Source: Antedon mediterranea (lineage: Eukaryota; Animalia; Echinodermata). From it: DNA of 64,000 bases. A program made the translations under genes and the position numbers. Where the stretch lies: positions 26,533,648-26,597,647 of the forward strand of contig NC_092673.1 of NCBI RefSeq assembly GCF_964355755.1, given 5' to 3'. Below, piece after piece: positions 1 to 13,500 of the stretch (positions within the stretch are counted from its first letter, which is position 1; every line of letters begins with the position of its first letter). Under the pieces are notes generated by a model. The model had not been told where the DNA came from and ran no database searches. It saw nothing but the letters and a program-made list of their open reading frames with translations.

Positions 1-451
1 TGCACGACGGGATCAACGGCTTACCGCCTCATCCGAAGCACGAGTAAATTATCTTGTCCATTCTAATATACAAGTTCAATTATATCATCTCAAATTATTC
101 TCTTAATTGAATTATATATAACACCTGAAGTTGATGAGGATTTAAATGCAATAGTTGCGGTACAATTTACGGTAAACGATTAGTTTTACACGGTTATGAA
201 TGTTTAACGAGAAAAGCGTTTTCCTTTCATTCTCAAAACAGTCATCGTTTGATAACGTTTACACAAAGTAAATTATTCTAATACCCATTAGTTCGTAATT
301 GTGCGTTTCCTAATTAATTGAAATAGCTACAACGTGACAAATGAAGCAATTTACAATGCCAATTGAAATGTAATGGTAACACTTAGTTAACTTCTTTTAA
401 TCAACTTTAGGGTTTACATATCAATTAATCCAATTGTAGGAAGTCTGTCTA

Positions 452-856
452 TGCTTCAGGTTTACCAATTTAACCAGGTTATACGTCAGCTTTACCAATT
501 TAACCAGGTCATGCTTCAGGTTTACCAACTTTAACCATGTTTACCCAATTTAACCAGTTCATTCATTCTTCAGCTTTACCAATTTAGCCAGGTTATACTT
601 CAAGTTTACCCAAATTTAACCAGGTCATTCATTCTTTAGCTTTACCAATTTTACCAGATTTATTTCAAGTTTACCAATTTTACCAGGTCATACATTCTTC
701 AGCTTTACCAATTTAGCCAGGTTATACTTCAAGTTTACCAATTTAACCAGGTCATACATTCTTCAGCTTTACCAATTTAGCCAGGTTATACTTCAAGTTT
801 ACCCAATTTTACTAGGTTTACTTCAGGTTTACCAATATAGCCAGGTTATGCTTCAT
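452..856. repeat. Degenerate ~30-bp minisatellite
   Basis: Repeated cttcag(c/g)tttaccaatttaaccaggt(t/c)at, about 13 copies. Confidence 0.85.
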
Positions 857-2578
857 TTGTTTTCAAAATAGTTATATTGCATTTCTTAATAACAGGAATG
901 CTTAAATGTCCAAAAGGAAGGGCTAGTAACTGTATTTTAAATATATAAAACGAATGACCAAAGGCTTTATTATTCATAGAAATAATACTTGTTTAAAATA
1001 ATGCAAATAATAGTACCTGTGGTATAAATTAATTAGAAATAAACAAGCAAAATATACGATAGAAATATGAAAACCCGTTAATGGGGTCAAATCGTTGCTA
1101 TTTATAGAGATAGATATCGATGGAAAATAGCCAACCAGTGCATTTAAGCGAACATATATCATATATATACTTATCATTGGTAGTTAAAATTCATACATTA
1201 CTATTCATAAAGTAGTCAGTGTTGGTAGTCCATAACTATAGGAATTATAATTTCTCTCTGCAACAAGGTTGGTGTTATTTTATATACTGGTAAATTGTAA
1301 TTACGTACACGGGCCATTAATAGTTCCATCGTAATCTCATTTTAAAATAGGCAGTTTAATCTTTTTGGTTTTATTTTATAATCTTAATAATTGTTAATCT
1401 TATTTGATAGAATTTAATATGCTCATATTGCTGTTCTAACCACTCGTGTCTCTGTGCCATGTTTGTCGATGTATGTATCTGTCGGTCATTCGTGTACACA
1501 TAACATGTTCATTTTCTCTCGATGCACTATTGTTAGTTTCCGTGTGTAGTTCCTTTTTGCCACGTGTATGCCTCTTTTTGCCGTGCTTATGCCCTTTTTT
1601 GGCGTGTTTATGCTCTTTTTGTCGGGTTATAGGTCCCTTTTTGCCATGTGTAGGCCCCTTTCTGCCATGTGCAGTCTCCTTTTTGCCGTTACCGGACCAC
1701 ATCTTAGATGTTGAGAACTCTGTGTATTTGGCGTAATGTGTGTGTTGATATGCTATAGTATATTGAATATACAGCCTTGAACCACATTATTAAAGAAATT
1801 AATTTCTTTAGAAAAAACATTATCTTTAATCAAAATAGGCATTACGGAGGTAATATTAATTTCAATCATGCTAAAATTTCATATTAACTTTATGATTTTA
1901 AATTATCAAATGTCATGTCATGAGTCACATGAGTCACTAGATACTGTTTCAAGTATCATGGGCACATTCTGTAATACAGTGTTACATTGTATCACACATG
2001 ACGCCTGATAAGTTGTCCATATTTTTTAAAACTGTTTCATTTATGCTTTTTATGCAAAATATTGTTTAAACAATTCTCCAGCTTTAAATATAAGCTCATT
2101 TGTTCCCTTTAAAGGTTACTGGGCCTATGGTACACAAATTAGTATGTTTGTAAGCACTGTATGCCTATCCCTTGTTCTGTTTACGAAAAGTTAAGTAATA
2201 GAGTTGGTGAGTGAATGAATGAATGTACGAACAAAACAAAATTATTTTGAAACTGTCACGGATGGTTACTGCACTGGTAACTGACCTATTGTTTTAAACA
2301 ATTTGTTCAATTACATTTTTCCATTATGTTAAAACAGTTATACACATACAGATTACGTAATTAATATACAAACAGAAAGAAAGTGCTTAGGTTAAACTTA
2401 CATCACAAAGTTCTAATAGTCATCTGAATTCTCTAGATTGTTAAGGGAAAGCATAATCTCACAAAGAAGTGTAGCCTTATATTTTAGGTAGGCCTAATCA
2501 TTATTTTTAGTTTGATAAAGAATATTAGTTTTATTTAAAGCACAGTAAACTATGGTTTAAACTGCGAACTTAAATTAA

Positions 2579-2935
2579 AGATGTATTGTTCCCCAAAATT
2601 ATTTATAAGGTTAATAAATTCAGCTCTTAAATAGGCCATTTTGCAGTTTTAAAAATGGTTTTTGATTAAAATTAACCATTTCGTTTGTCTTTGTATAAGT
2701 GAAATAATTATCTCTTTTTGTAAAAAATAACAAAAAGAGATAATTATTTCACTTATACAAAGACAAACGAAATGGTTAATTTTAACCCAAAAACCATTGT
2801 CTGACAGACAATTTTTGCTTTAAATTACATTTTTTAGGTAAATAATTTTGAAGTGAATAACTATTACGTGACATTAAAATGGAAAATTCAACAAAAAATG
2901 TGAAAAAACCCCATTTTTTAGGGTAAAATATACCT
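2579..2935. mobile_element. Kolobok-like non-autonomous DNA element, copy 1
   Basis: TTAA|AGATGTATTGTTCCCC...GGGTAAAATATACCT|TTAA. TTAA flanks with AG..CT termini; homologous to the 15357 and 31599 copies. Confidence 0.7.
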
Positions 2936-3811
2936 TTAATACAATACTCAAATCTTAGGTTTTTGACTAACGTTAATTTGAATTCCATTCAATTGTGTAA
3001 AATATACAATTACTATGGATCTTGTGTACCTGACAATATGCACGAATTACGTCGGTGAACGTAACGGTTAAAGGAAGTAACGCTTAAATTGCTACCGCTC
3101 GAGTTGGTTTCGGTAGGTGCTCAAACCCATGTTTGCCAGGCGTAGCTTTGCACATTCTTGGAGTACTACTCAGTGCTGGCTGCACTGTTAGTTATGATCT
3201 GTTAAGTGAGTATATTTGAAGAGATTTCAATGATTCACTACAAGATATGCTTTTATTAAGGCTCCTCCACTTTATATAAGTTATTAGTAAAGTGAAGTAT
3301 ATGAAATATATAAAAACGTTTGGGTAAGGAACACCAAATTTAGAACATAGGAGATAAGGTATTACGTCTTTGATTTAAACCGAGTCATTTTCTATTGATT
3401 CGCCAAGGGAGTTTACTAAATTATCTTGTATTTGTGTTAATAGGCCCACTATACGTTTGTAATTAAGATAACTGAATGATATTATAAGAAATGTCTCAAT
3501 CATAAGCAACAGTATTAGTGCTGCATCATTACCGTCTACTCCAATGAATTTGGGGATATAATAAGTCAATTATAAACCAAACAATCGCATCATGCTTTAA
3601 TTTAATAATATCCATAATAATATTAATCTATAACCATGGTTATTAAGGCTGTCTTGTACGTGATTGGTTACAAGTGCGGTTGTAAAATACAAGTAATTAC
3701 GCGGTTTACGATATGTATCATAGTTCCGGATAATAATCGAAGGCTAAAGCTGTGATAGCATATATCAGGTAAAGTAACATATGATTTTGTTTCTTTCTTG
3801 ATCAACCTTTA

Positions 3812-4153
3812 AGCCCTAGGGCGCAACGCAAGGACTTAAGCATCACGCCAAGTAATTGGACCAATCATGATGACGCGATGATGACGTGTAGATTATCTCA
3901 TGATGACGCGTAGATCATTTCATGAGGACGCGTAGATCATCTCATGATGACGCGTAAATCATCTCATGATGACGCGTAAATCATCTCATGATGACGCGTA
4001 GATCATCTCATGATGACGCGTAAATCATCTCATGATGACGCGTAGATCATCTCATGATGCCGCGTAGATCATCTCATGATGCCGCGTAGATCATCTAATG
4101 ATGACGCGTAAATCATCTCATGATGACGCGTAAATCCAAGTGAAATCCAAGCT
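3812..4153. repeat. 22-bp minisatellite (gatcatctcatgatgacgcgta)x~12 expanded inside a degenerate MITE-A copy
   Basis: Tandem units at 3865-4136; the flanks resemble MITE-A ends (gcaacgcaagg..ccaatca; ..ccaagct) with TTA on both sides. Confidence 0.8.
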
Positions 4154-4406
4154 TTATTATAATCATTATCTTTCTTACTAACCATAATTAATCTTCCTGC
4201 CGTCTTTCTTTTTCTAGTATTTCTATTAAGGTTATTTTTTTATTTTTTTTTTAAGTCATGGAAGATTCGGCATACTTAGTTCTTGAAAACTAAAAAAAAA
4301 TTTAATTTTATTGTAATATAATTACTTCATTTGGAATGGCATTGTGGTAATTATTGATTAAAAAAAACATCTTATATTTTTATTTCAGATGCAATTTTGA
4401 GTAACC

Positions 4407-4574
4407 ATGTTCCGAAACAAATCGCTTAAAGACAAAAAGGATCAACGGGACAAGCGGGCGAATGAGGGAGGTCTAAACGCAGATGGAACCGCCAGCAAAA
4501 GATCTTCTGTTCGAAGGACTATGTCCGGTAATTCGGCTTCTGGAATTTCAAGGAAAAGCTCTCATGGATCCAGA
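4407..4574 (+). CDS. Probable first coding exon of the TRPC gene (basic, Ser/Arg-rich N-terminus)
   Basis: Acceptor tttcAG ends at 4388, ATG at 4407 in aaccATG context, donor GA|GTAAGT at 4575. The 168-nt phase-0 exon joins in frame to 24993 (..SHGSR|KSPQP..). It is a GC-richer island in AT-rich DNA. Confidence 0.65.
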
Positions 4575-7500
4575 GTAAGTAGACCTACACCTTTCATAGT
4601 TATACAAGCGTAATTCCGTTGAGTAAGTTTCAACTAACCTTTTTCCTTCAACATAAACGAAATTGTTATCAAATATAGTAATTCCGTATGCCGCCACAAC
4701 CCCGGTGGCTCTTCAAATGTAGTTTAAATCTCATATCAGTACAACTCCGGTTATGTAACGCCATTGTTGTGTTCCCATATGGTCCATTGTTGCATTGGCC
4801 ATTGCTAGTGATGTCATCGTCACAGAAAAGACATTTGACACATAGGTTATTGACATTTGTCCATAGTTTGAATGCTATTCATGAACGCACTTTTGGTCAC
4901 GTGGCCAAAAGGTATTCGTCATCAGTAATATGCTTGATGTTTCTTGGAATTTAGTTCATCAAACGTCATTAGCAGTGACGTTTCATACGGAATATCCCCC
5001 TCCCCCACACTTAAGTAAAGCCCCAAGTGCCAGTGGCCTTGTGACGAAGAGGGAGCGCTACATCAATATTCGCCCACGCTTCTTTTTTTTTGCTACAATT
5101 TTTGTTTTTCTTTAAAGCCAAATAGGCCAATTGATCGGTTTATTAACTCCTATATTTATTGATCCACAATTTCCGTCCAAGTCTGGCTTGCCTTTTCGAT
5201 ATTATTAAACAGTTTGTTTTGGTTTAATGTACCATCGTTAAATTATGCGCGCGATTTAACAAACAAAATGTCAATGTTGATGTATTGTAGGCCTACAACA
5301 ATTTTGTACTCACCAGACAGCAAATATTGATGTAGAAATTCCTCTGGTCTATCAATTAATGAATATTATCAATAACAAGGACAGTTATGAAACTGTGAAA
5401 ACAAGACAATCTATATAAACTAATTATCATATTAATCATTTTGTGCTTTCCAGTTATTTATATGGAGGAAAAAATAATATATAAAAAAAATATGTAAATA
5501 TATCGGCAAAATATTGAAAAAATGACAATGATGTGGGTATCAGTGGCTGAATCTCAATGGAGATACAAATAAAATAAGCACTGAAAAAAATGACAATGCA
5601 GTGGATATCAGTGGCTGGATCTCAATGGAGATACAAATAAAATAAGCACTGAAAAATGACAATGATGTGGGTATCAGTGGCTGGATCTTCATGCAAATAC
5701 AAATAAAAGAAGCGAAAAGCTAAATCAAAACGATAAAGTATAACAGCCAGAAACAAATATATATACATAATAATTTATTTTTTCATCCATGATAAAGCAT
5801 ACCAAAAGTCTTCCGAAAAACACACAGCTTTTTGTATAATTATAAATATGATCTTTTATACCAATATCGTTTCATCGTACCAAACGCATAAAAATATGAC
5901 ACATGTGTACAATAAAAATGTATATAATCTTATACATTTATGATTAGCGCCAAATTAATACACAGATTTTCACTGTTAGTGCATCATTATCCACTATCGT
6001 TCAACATGCAGTTTCTATCCCGTATCATAGCGATACGTCGAAATTCCGTAGTTATATTATCATGGACCTATACTTTATAGGTCCATGGTTATATGATTCG
6101 ATATAGTGTCTGCTTCGGAATACCGTATAGTGTATATTAGGAATACCGTATTATTCGGTAAAAAAGAAATTGCATCGAAATACCGTATAGCGTGTGAATC
6201 TGAATAGATTCGGTACGTTTTCATTTTGTGTAGTAGGCCTAATTCCAACGTTTCTTTATGCACTATCTTTGCACATTTTTACCTTTGAAAGTGTCAAATG
6301 TGTAACCTAATTAAAGCTAGTACGGAACATCACATAGTGTACATATTTAGGCCTACGTTTAAAAAAAATCAAATTCCACTAATTTAGTTTGCAATTACTA
6401 AAAAAATAGTTTCATAATTTTAAAATGTACATAAATTTGTTTTACGTCATTCTTTCAATCGTCATACCAACACGTTTCATTCAAATGTTAATTACATATA
6501 GGTTACAATACAATTCAGACAGAGATACGATATCTAAGCAGCACAACCACAGTGGCATCCTACATTTATAAATAGATAACTAAAACTTTTATTGTTCTCC
6601 TTGTAAAATTTAACAAAAGGAAATTCATCTTCCACTGGCAAAATACAATACTGAGTAAAACGTACAGACAACATACAAAATACACACAATTATAATATAA
6701 ATATGAAAATATGCACAGCTTCGAAGTTAGGTATTTCAACGTCCCGAAAATTAAGGTGGGCTTCCCACGGTGAAGGTACTGGTTTGTCTCTTTACCCTAA
6801 AGTAACGTTACGTTAAGCGTGGTTCCCACTAGCGACGCAACACAAGGACGTAACACAACGCAAGTGAATTGACCAATCACAAGCGATGGATTATTCGCTT
6901 GTGATTGCTAACTGTCTATAACTTCACTTGTCATTGGTTAAACCGCTTGCGTTGCGTTTACGTCCTTGCGTTACGTTCTAGTGGGAACCAAGCTTTAGTG
7001 TGCAAATAAGGTACCATTCACACTATTGCAGACAGACGTTACTGTGTGCTGCATGCACCTAGAATCCGCTAATAAAAATCTCTGTGTCGAGGAATCGAGT
7101 GACGTCATAACATGGCGTAACTAGTACCTTGATCATAATTAACATTAATAAAAATATGTCAATGACGTAATCGTCGGTTTCTATTCGATTTTGCTTATTT
7201 TATGTTGTCTGTGTTGTTTTCCGTCTTTCCCGTTTTTAAGCTCCAGGAGGATATATTCCATGTGTACGTCCTATAACATGATCTTAAATTTCCTCCACTG
7301 ATTATATATATTAGTAGGCTAGTCAATCTAGCATTTTGAGTGAAACAAATTGCAAACAGAGATTTTTTTTTTTTTTAATGGTTACATATGATAAGGTAAT
7401 TATTTTTTGAGCATCACACCTCTGACACTCATCCCGAAGGTATGCAAATTAGCTTAAATATGCAAATTAGGGTGAAATTACAGGGTTACCATATCTTAAA

Positions 7501-10500
7501 AACTACTAATCGTAGAGAGTTCATTTTTGCACAATCTGGTTCAGAATGTATATATTTATATTTGCTCTAATGAAACATTTTACATAAAAATGTCCGGAAG
7601 TACCAAATTTTGACCCTTGACCCCATTTCTCAATATTTACATAAATATGTGATTCAAATGTCTGTAGAGACTTTATTTTGGACTCAATGACTTGGATATT
7701 GTTTTTCAATACCCACCATAGAACTGTATTATAATTCCTAAAATCACAACTTCGTCACGCACCTCGAAAGTATGCAAATTAGTAGTACAAGTAATATTAA
7801 ATATGCAAATTAGGGAGTGAAATTACAGCGTTGCCATATCTCGAAAACCGCTAATGCTAGAGTGTTGATTTTTTCACTAAAATATTTAAAATGTATATAT
7901 TTATATTTGCTGTAATGAGACATTTTACAAAAAAATTCCCGGAACTATGACATTTGACCCTCGACCCCATTTCTCAATATTGCATATATAATGAAAACTA
8001 AAATGTCTGTAGAGACTTTGTTTTGCCCTCAAATGACTCGGATACAGGTTTCTAATAGCCAACATAGGAATGTTTAGTAAATCTCAAAATCACACCTGTA
8101 TCACTCACCTTCAAAGTATACAAATTATTAGTACAAGTTACATGAAATATGCAAATTAGGGGGTGAAATTACAGGTTCCTATATGTATCGAAAACCGCTA
8201 AGGTAGAGAGTTTATTTTTTCAAAAACCTGTTCAGAATGTACATATTTATATTTGCTCTAATGAAACATTTTCCGAAAAAATGACCAGAAATACAACAAT
8301 TGACCCTTGACCCTATTTATCAATGTTTGCATACATAATGCGACTAAAATGTCTGTAGATAATTTTTTTGGACTCAAATGACTCGGATACAGTTTTCCTA
8401 TTGTCAGCATTAGGACCTCTTTGTAATTCCCAAAATCACATCTTTGTCACATACCTTGAAAGTATGCAAATTATTAGTACAAGTTACATGAAATATGCAA
8501 ATTAGGGGTGAAATTACAGTCTTCCCATATCTCGAAACCCATTAATGCTAGAGAGTTGATTTGAATTCAGAGTTGATTCAGAATGTACATATTTATATTC
8601 GCTGTAATGAAACATTTTATGCAAAAATTGTCTTGATTGAATTATGACATTTGACCCTTGACCCTATTTCTCAATATTTTCATATAATTCAACTAAAATA
8701 TCTGTACAGACTGTTTTGGCCTCAAATGACTGAGATACAGGTTTTCTATAGCCAGCATAGAACTGTAGTAATTCTCAAAATAACACCTTTGTTACTTCCC
8801 TAAAAAATATGCAAATTAGTAGTACAAGAGGTGAAAGTTGCCATATCTCTATCGGTCATTAGCGTTTTTCGAGATACATAAGGCTGTAATTTGCATATTT
8901 CATATAACTTGTACTAATAATTTGCATACTTTCGAGTTGCTTGACTTTTGGAATTACTAAACGATCCTATACTGGCTATATAAAACCTGTATCCAAGTCA
9001 TTTGAGGCCAAAACAAATTATGTACATACATTTTAGTTGCATTATATGCAAATATTGAGAAATAGGTTCGAGGGTCAATTGTCATACTTTCGATATTTTT
9101 TTTTTTCAATAATGACCCAGATACAGGTTTTCTATAGCCAGCATAGAACTGTTTAGTAATTCTCAAAATCACACCTCTGTTACTTCCCTTGAAAGTATGC
9201 AAATCAGTAGTACAAGAAAGTTGCCATATCTCTTTCTCTCGGTCATTAGCGTTTTCGAGATACATAATGCAATTTGCAATTTTGCAATTTTGCATATTTC
9301 ATATAGCTTGTACTACTAATTTGCATACTTTCGAGGTGCTTGACTTATACTGGCTATATAAAACCTGTATCCGAGTCATTTGAGGCCAAAACAAAGTCTG
9401 TACATACATTTTAGTTGCATTATATGCAAATATTGAGAAATAATAATAATAATATCCTGGATTTATATAGCGCCTAATGTTGTGTAACCTCTAAGCGCTG
9501 TACATAAACTAATACGAAAAAAGGGAATTCCAACCATGCCAAAACGAAGGCGTGATTTTGGGAATTACAAAGCGGTCCTATGCTGACTATAGGAAACATG
9601 TATCCGAGTTATTTGAGTCCAAAACAAAGTCTCTACAGACATTTCAGTCGCATTATGTATGCAAACATTAATAAATGGGGTCGAGGGTCAATTGTTGTAT
9701 TTCCGGTCATTTTTTCGTAAAATGTTTCATTAGAGTAAATATAAATATGTACATTCTGAACAAGTTATTGAAAAAATCAACTCTCTAGCCTTAGTGGTTT
9801 TCGATATATAGGAACCTTTAATTTCACCCTCTAATTTGCATATTTCATGTAACTTGTACTAATAATTTGCATACTTTGGAGGTGAGTGATACAGGTGTGA
9901 TTTTGAGATCTACTAAACAGTCCTATGTTGGCTATTAGAAACCTGTATCGGAGTCATTTGAGGGCAAAACAAAGTCTCTACAGACATTTTAGTTTCATTT
10001 ATATATGCAATATTGAGAAATGGGGTCGAGGGTCAAATGTCATACTTCCGGTCAATTTTTTGTAAAATGTTTCATTGGAGCAAATAGAAATATGTACATT
10101 TTGAATACGGCTGTGAAAAAATCAGCTCTCTAGCATTAGTGGTTTTCGAGATATAGGACAACTGTAATTTTTTTCCCTTATTTGCATATTTTATTTAAAT
10201 TGTACTACTAATTTGCATACTTTCGAGGTGTGTGACAAAGGTGTGATTTTGGGAATTACAAAGTGATCCTATGCTGGCTATTATGAACCTATGTCTGGGT
10301 CATTTGAGGGCAAAATAAAGTCTCTACAGACATTTTAGTCACATTGTATATGCAAACATTGAGAAATGGGGTCGAAGGTCAAATGTTGTACTTCCGGTCA
10401 TTTTTTCGTAAAATGTTTCATTAGAGTAAATATAAATATATACATTTTAAATAGATCAGTGAAAAAATCAACTCTCTCGGACTAGTAGTTTTTGAGATAT

Positions 10501-13500
10501 GGTAACCTTGTAATTTCACCCTAATTTGCATATTTAAGCTAATTTGCATATCATTGGGATGAGTGACAGAGGTGTGATGCTCAAATTTTGATCTCCTCAT
10601 CATATATGACCATTTAAAAAAGAAAAATCTCTGTTTGCAATTTGTTTCACTTTGGGCTGTTTTTTTTGCTAGATTGACTAGCCTGTGTAGTAGACAAATA
10701 TAAGCTAAAAATGACAGTTGACGAGTCGTGCTTGCCAAAAAGGATTTTTTTAGGAAAATAAATAGTTGTTTTCAATTTTTATCCGGCAAATTAATCTATT
10801 TTGACATTTTATTAAGCTGGTATCTGGATACATTCTATATATCATGAATATAGGATTATTGTATTATGCTTTAAACATATATACATTAATGTGCTCTCTT
10901 TTTCACTCAATAATTACCAATAAAAATTAAAAGGTTTCAATTAATTCAATATTCTACAAAAACTCACTATTCATTGCTAAAACCAAAACATCATAAATAT
11001 TTGTTTGTAATAAATCAAATAATCACAGAGTTAGCTTTTAATCTGCATAATATCGCCAGCAATTATCACGTCATGGCCTGACGTGCTCGGGTTTTTAAGT
11101 CGGACTCTATCATTAATTACGTAGCTTTTATTACGCTTGTATTTTATAAAGCTAAAGCGAGTGGTCGCGCGGTTAAAGCAGTGGTACCGCAAACCGTAAG
11201 CCACCGTTTACATCGGCACGTTAAACAATCTCCGTATTACTGGCTGTAGGCATATAACATTTAAATTGTTTGTCTCTTCGTTTTGTGTCCCAGGCAGACC
11301 CCGACTCAAGATCCTGTATCTTTCTGGGATCCTGCCTTCTTCCTTTTCCCCCAGATTTACTGCTATTTTTATATGTTATTTCTTATTTATTCCATTATTA
11401 TTTAAATCTTAAAAGGAAGTAAACAAATGTTATTTTGAATTTGAATTTTAAAAAAATGGGGGACCATCATACACATCTAGCCCGTGTGTGCTGGTTCAAC
11501 AGTTGGCTGAGCTTTCGTAGGCCCTGATGACCAATTAGATTTCATTAATTTAGAAAAATACAAAGCGCGGTAACTGTCTGTATGTTGGCGGTTGTTCCGT
11601 TGACCTGTAAACGTATTTACAGTTTTGAATAATAGGTACATTTTAAACTTATGTATAAACATATAGTTCGGTACGATACAAATCTACCTTTATATTCCTA
11701 TAGCAATTTTACACTTACTGAGTTTGACAATTAATGCATGCAAGTTACGCAACCCGAATTTAAAGAGGGCGCCCTAAAACGATACCGAATGTAGGTCATC
11801 ACAGTGTTAACATTACAAAATGTAGGTTTCTTCTTTAAAAATAATACAATTTGCCGTAAAATCAATAATCATTTATTCGTCTAATGTTGTGATAGTCAAT
11901 TTGGTATTCCTATTTCTGAAATTTATCTTTCATGAAATCGCAGATTTTCATAATATTCTTCTTAAATAAACATGTACCGGTAATTGTTAAACATTTACAT
12001 CTTCTTTATAGTAAATGCAGGTTGCAAAGTGCATTTGCTTATGCATTTTTGAAGACACTACAGATTTTATTGTAATTTCTAAAGCACTTGCGATGTCTTT
12101 GAGTCAATATTTGTATATTTACAAATATGGAATACAAATCAATCTTTTATCATCCAGAAATATTTAAATAGATCCTGAATAATTATTTATAATTTTATTT
12201 ATTATTTATTAAAGGGGTTAAAATGTATGTCAGATGGAACTCTTAAAGTGCATTGCTTAATTTACACGTTATAGTTTTAATTGTATTTTTGGTAATACTA
12301 ATATACATACAAAATAAGATTAAAAGGCAATAAAAAAAACCATCCAGATATGAATTTCGGTTCTTGCAGCAAGTGAAGAGTATCCAGGTTCCCTTTCAAA
12401 ACAATTTGCTCTATTTTTGACAATATTAATAGTAAATAATTTTTAATTAAAGCTATGAAGCATAGGACAGAAATATTGAAAAACATTTTCACGCCTTAAT
12501 ATGAATTCTTTTTTTCTCTCTGTTACTGTTAATCCGTAGAATTTGTGCTACTTGATGTTTTGTAATTGTGAACCATTATTAACTTTTTGTATCTGTATTT
12601 ATATATTGTAACTACTGTATGAATATATTTTGTAAACATTTTGTATGGGTCGAACCTCTAGTTAGGAGAGTAACTAATAAAATATTTTTGTATATCTATG
12701 TTTTAAAAAGATTTTTATATCATATGATATTTTTTTGCCCGGGATTCACCATTAGACCTAATATTAGTCACTTTGTTATGTTATACAGCTTTTTCCCCTT
12801 GTATATGTGTGTATGATTGTATAATTTGGTCTAGTTTACGGTAGGTTTTGTAATTTTCGCTTTTATTATATCAGGGAAGAGTAATTCTGTATATTATTTT
12901 TAGAGCACGCCAATGTATGTTATGTTCTACTGACACGAAAGAATCTTCTGATAAATAAATAATAAAGTCCATTGCAAACGTGTTTTTATTGCTTCTCCTA
13001 AATTCATCCTACATTTTAGGCCTATTAATTTATCAGAGCGTGGACTTCTGTATTGTTTAAAGAGGATGATACACTGATCAATGGTATATACCGTAAGTCT
13101 ATTGTTCAAGTGTACAACGCATAAGTTTATTTATTAGTGTCTGAACATCCGTATGATGTATTATGATATTTAATTGCACAAATAAAATAAGACAATTTAC
13201 AATCGTGTGGGTTTCATTTTGGTTCGGTGTCTTTCGAAAATCGATAAAACATGGGTAGGGGCGCCTAAAGATGTTTCCGAATTTGCAGTTCATTTATTAA
13301 AAGGCTCGTGGAATTCGACCAGTAAGTTCTTACTTAAACCTGAAGATAAAAGGAAAATATGATTGTAAAATTAATAATCTTGTGTTTGAAGAAATGAGAA
13401 AAATATGAAATAGCGATGGAATCTATTTTACATAGCGATGGGTTCGAAACTGTAAGTTAATGTTTTTAATAATTGATTTGAGTTTAAATTTTAACTGACG

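Noticed and set aside
1-45. SINE fragment at the window edge
   Set aside because: Only ~45 nt of recalled similarity and truncated by the window; too weak to call.
1436-1736. Lys/His/Gly-rich and Cys-rich overlapping ORFs
   Set aside because: Products of a degenerate ~21-bp (cctttttgccgtgt-like) repeat; no splice or domain support.
8957-10738. Possible transposase ORFs in the foldback element
   Set aside because: Short (at most 112 aa), derived from the repeat modules, with no DDE or Rep/helicase motifs.
11158-11230. tRNA or tRNA-derived SINE head (gtggtcgcgcggttaaagc)
   Set aside because: Only an A-box-like word; no convincing B box or cloverleaf.
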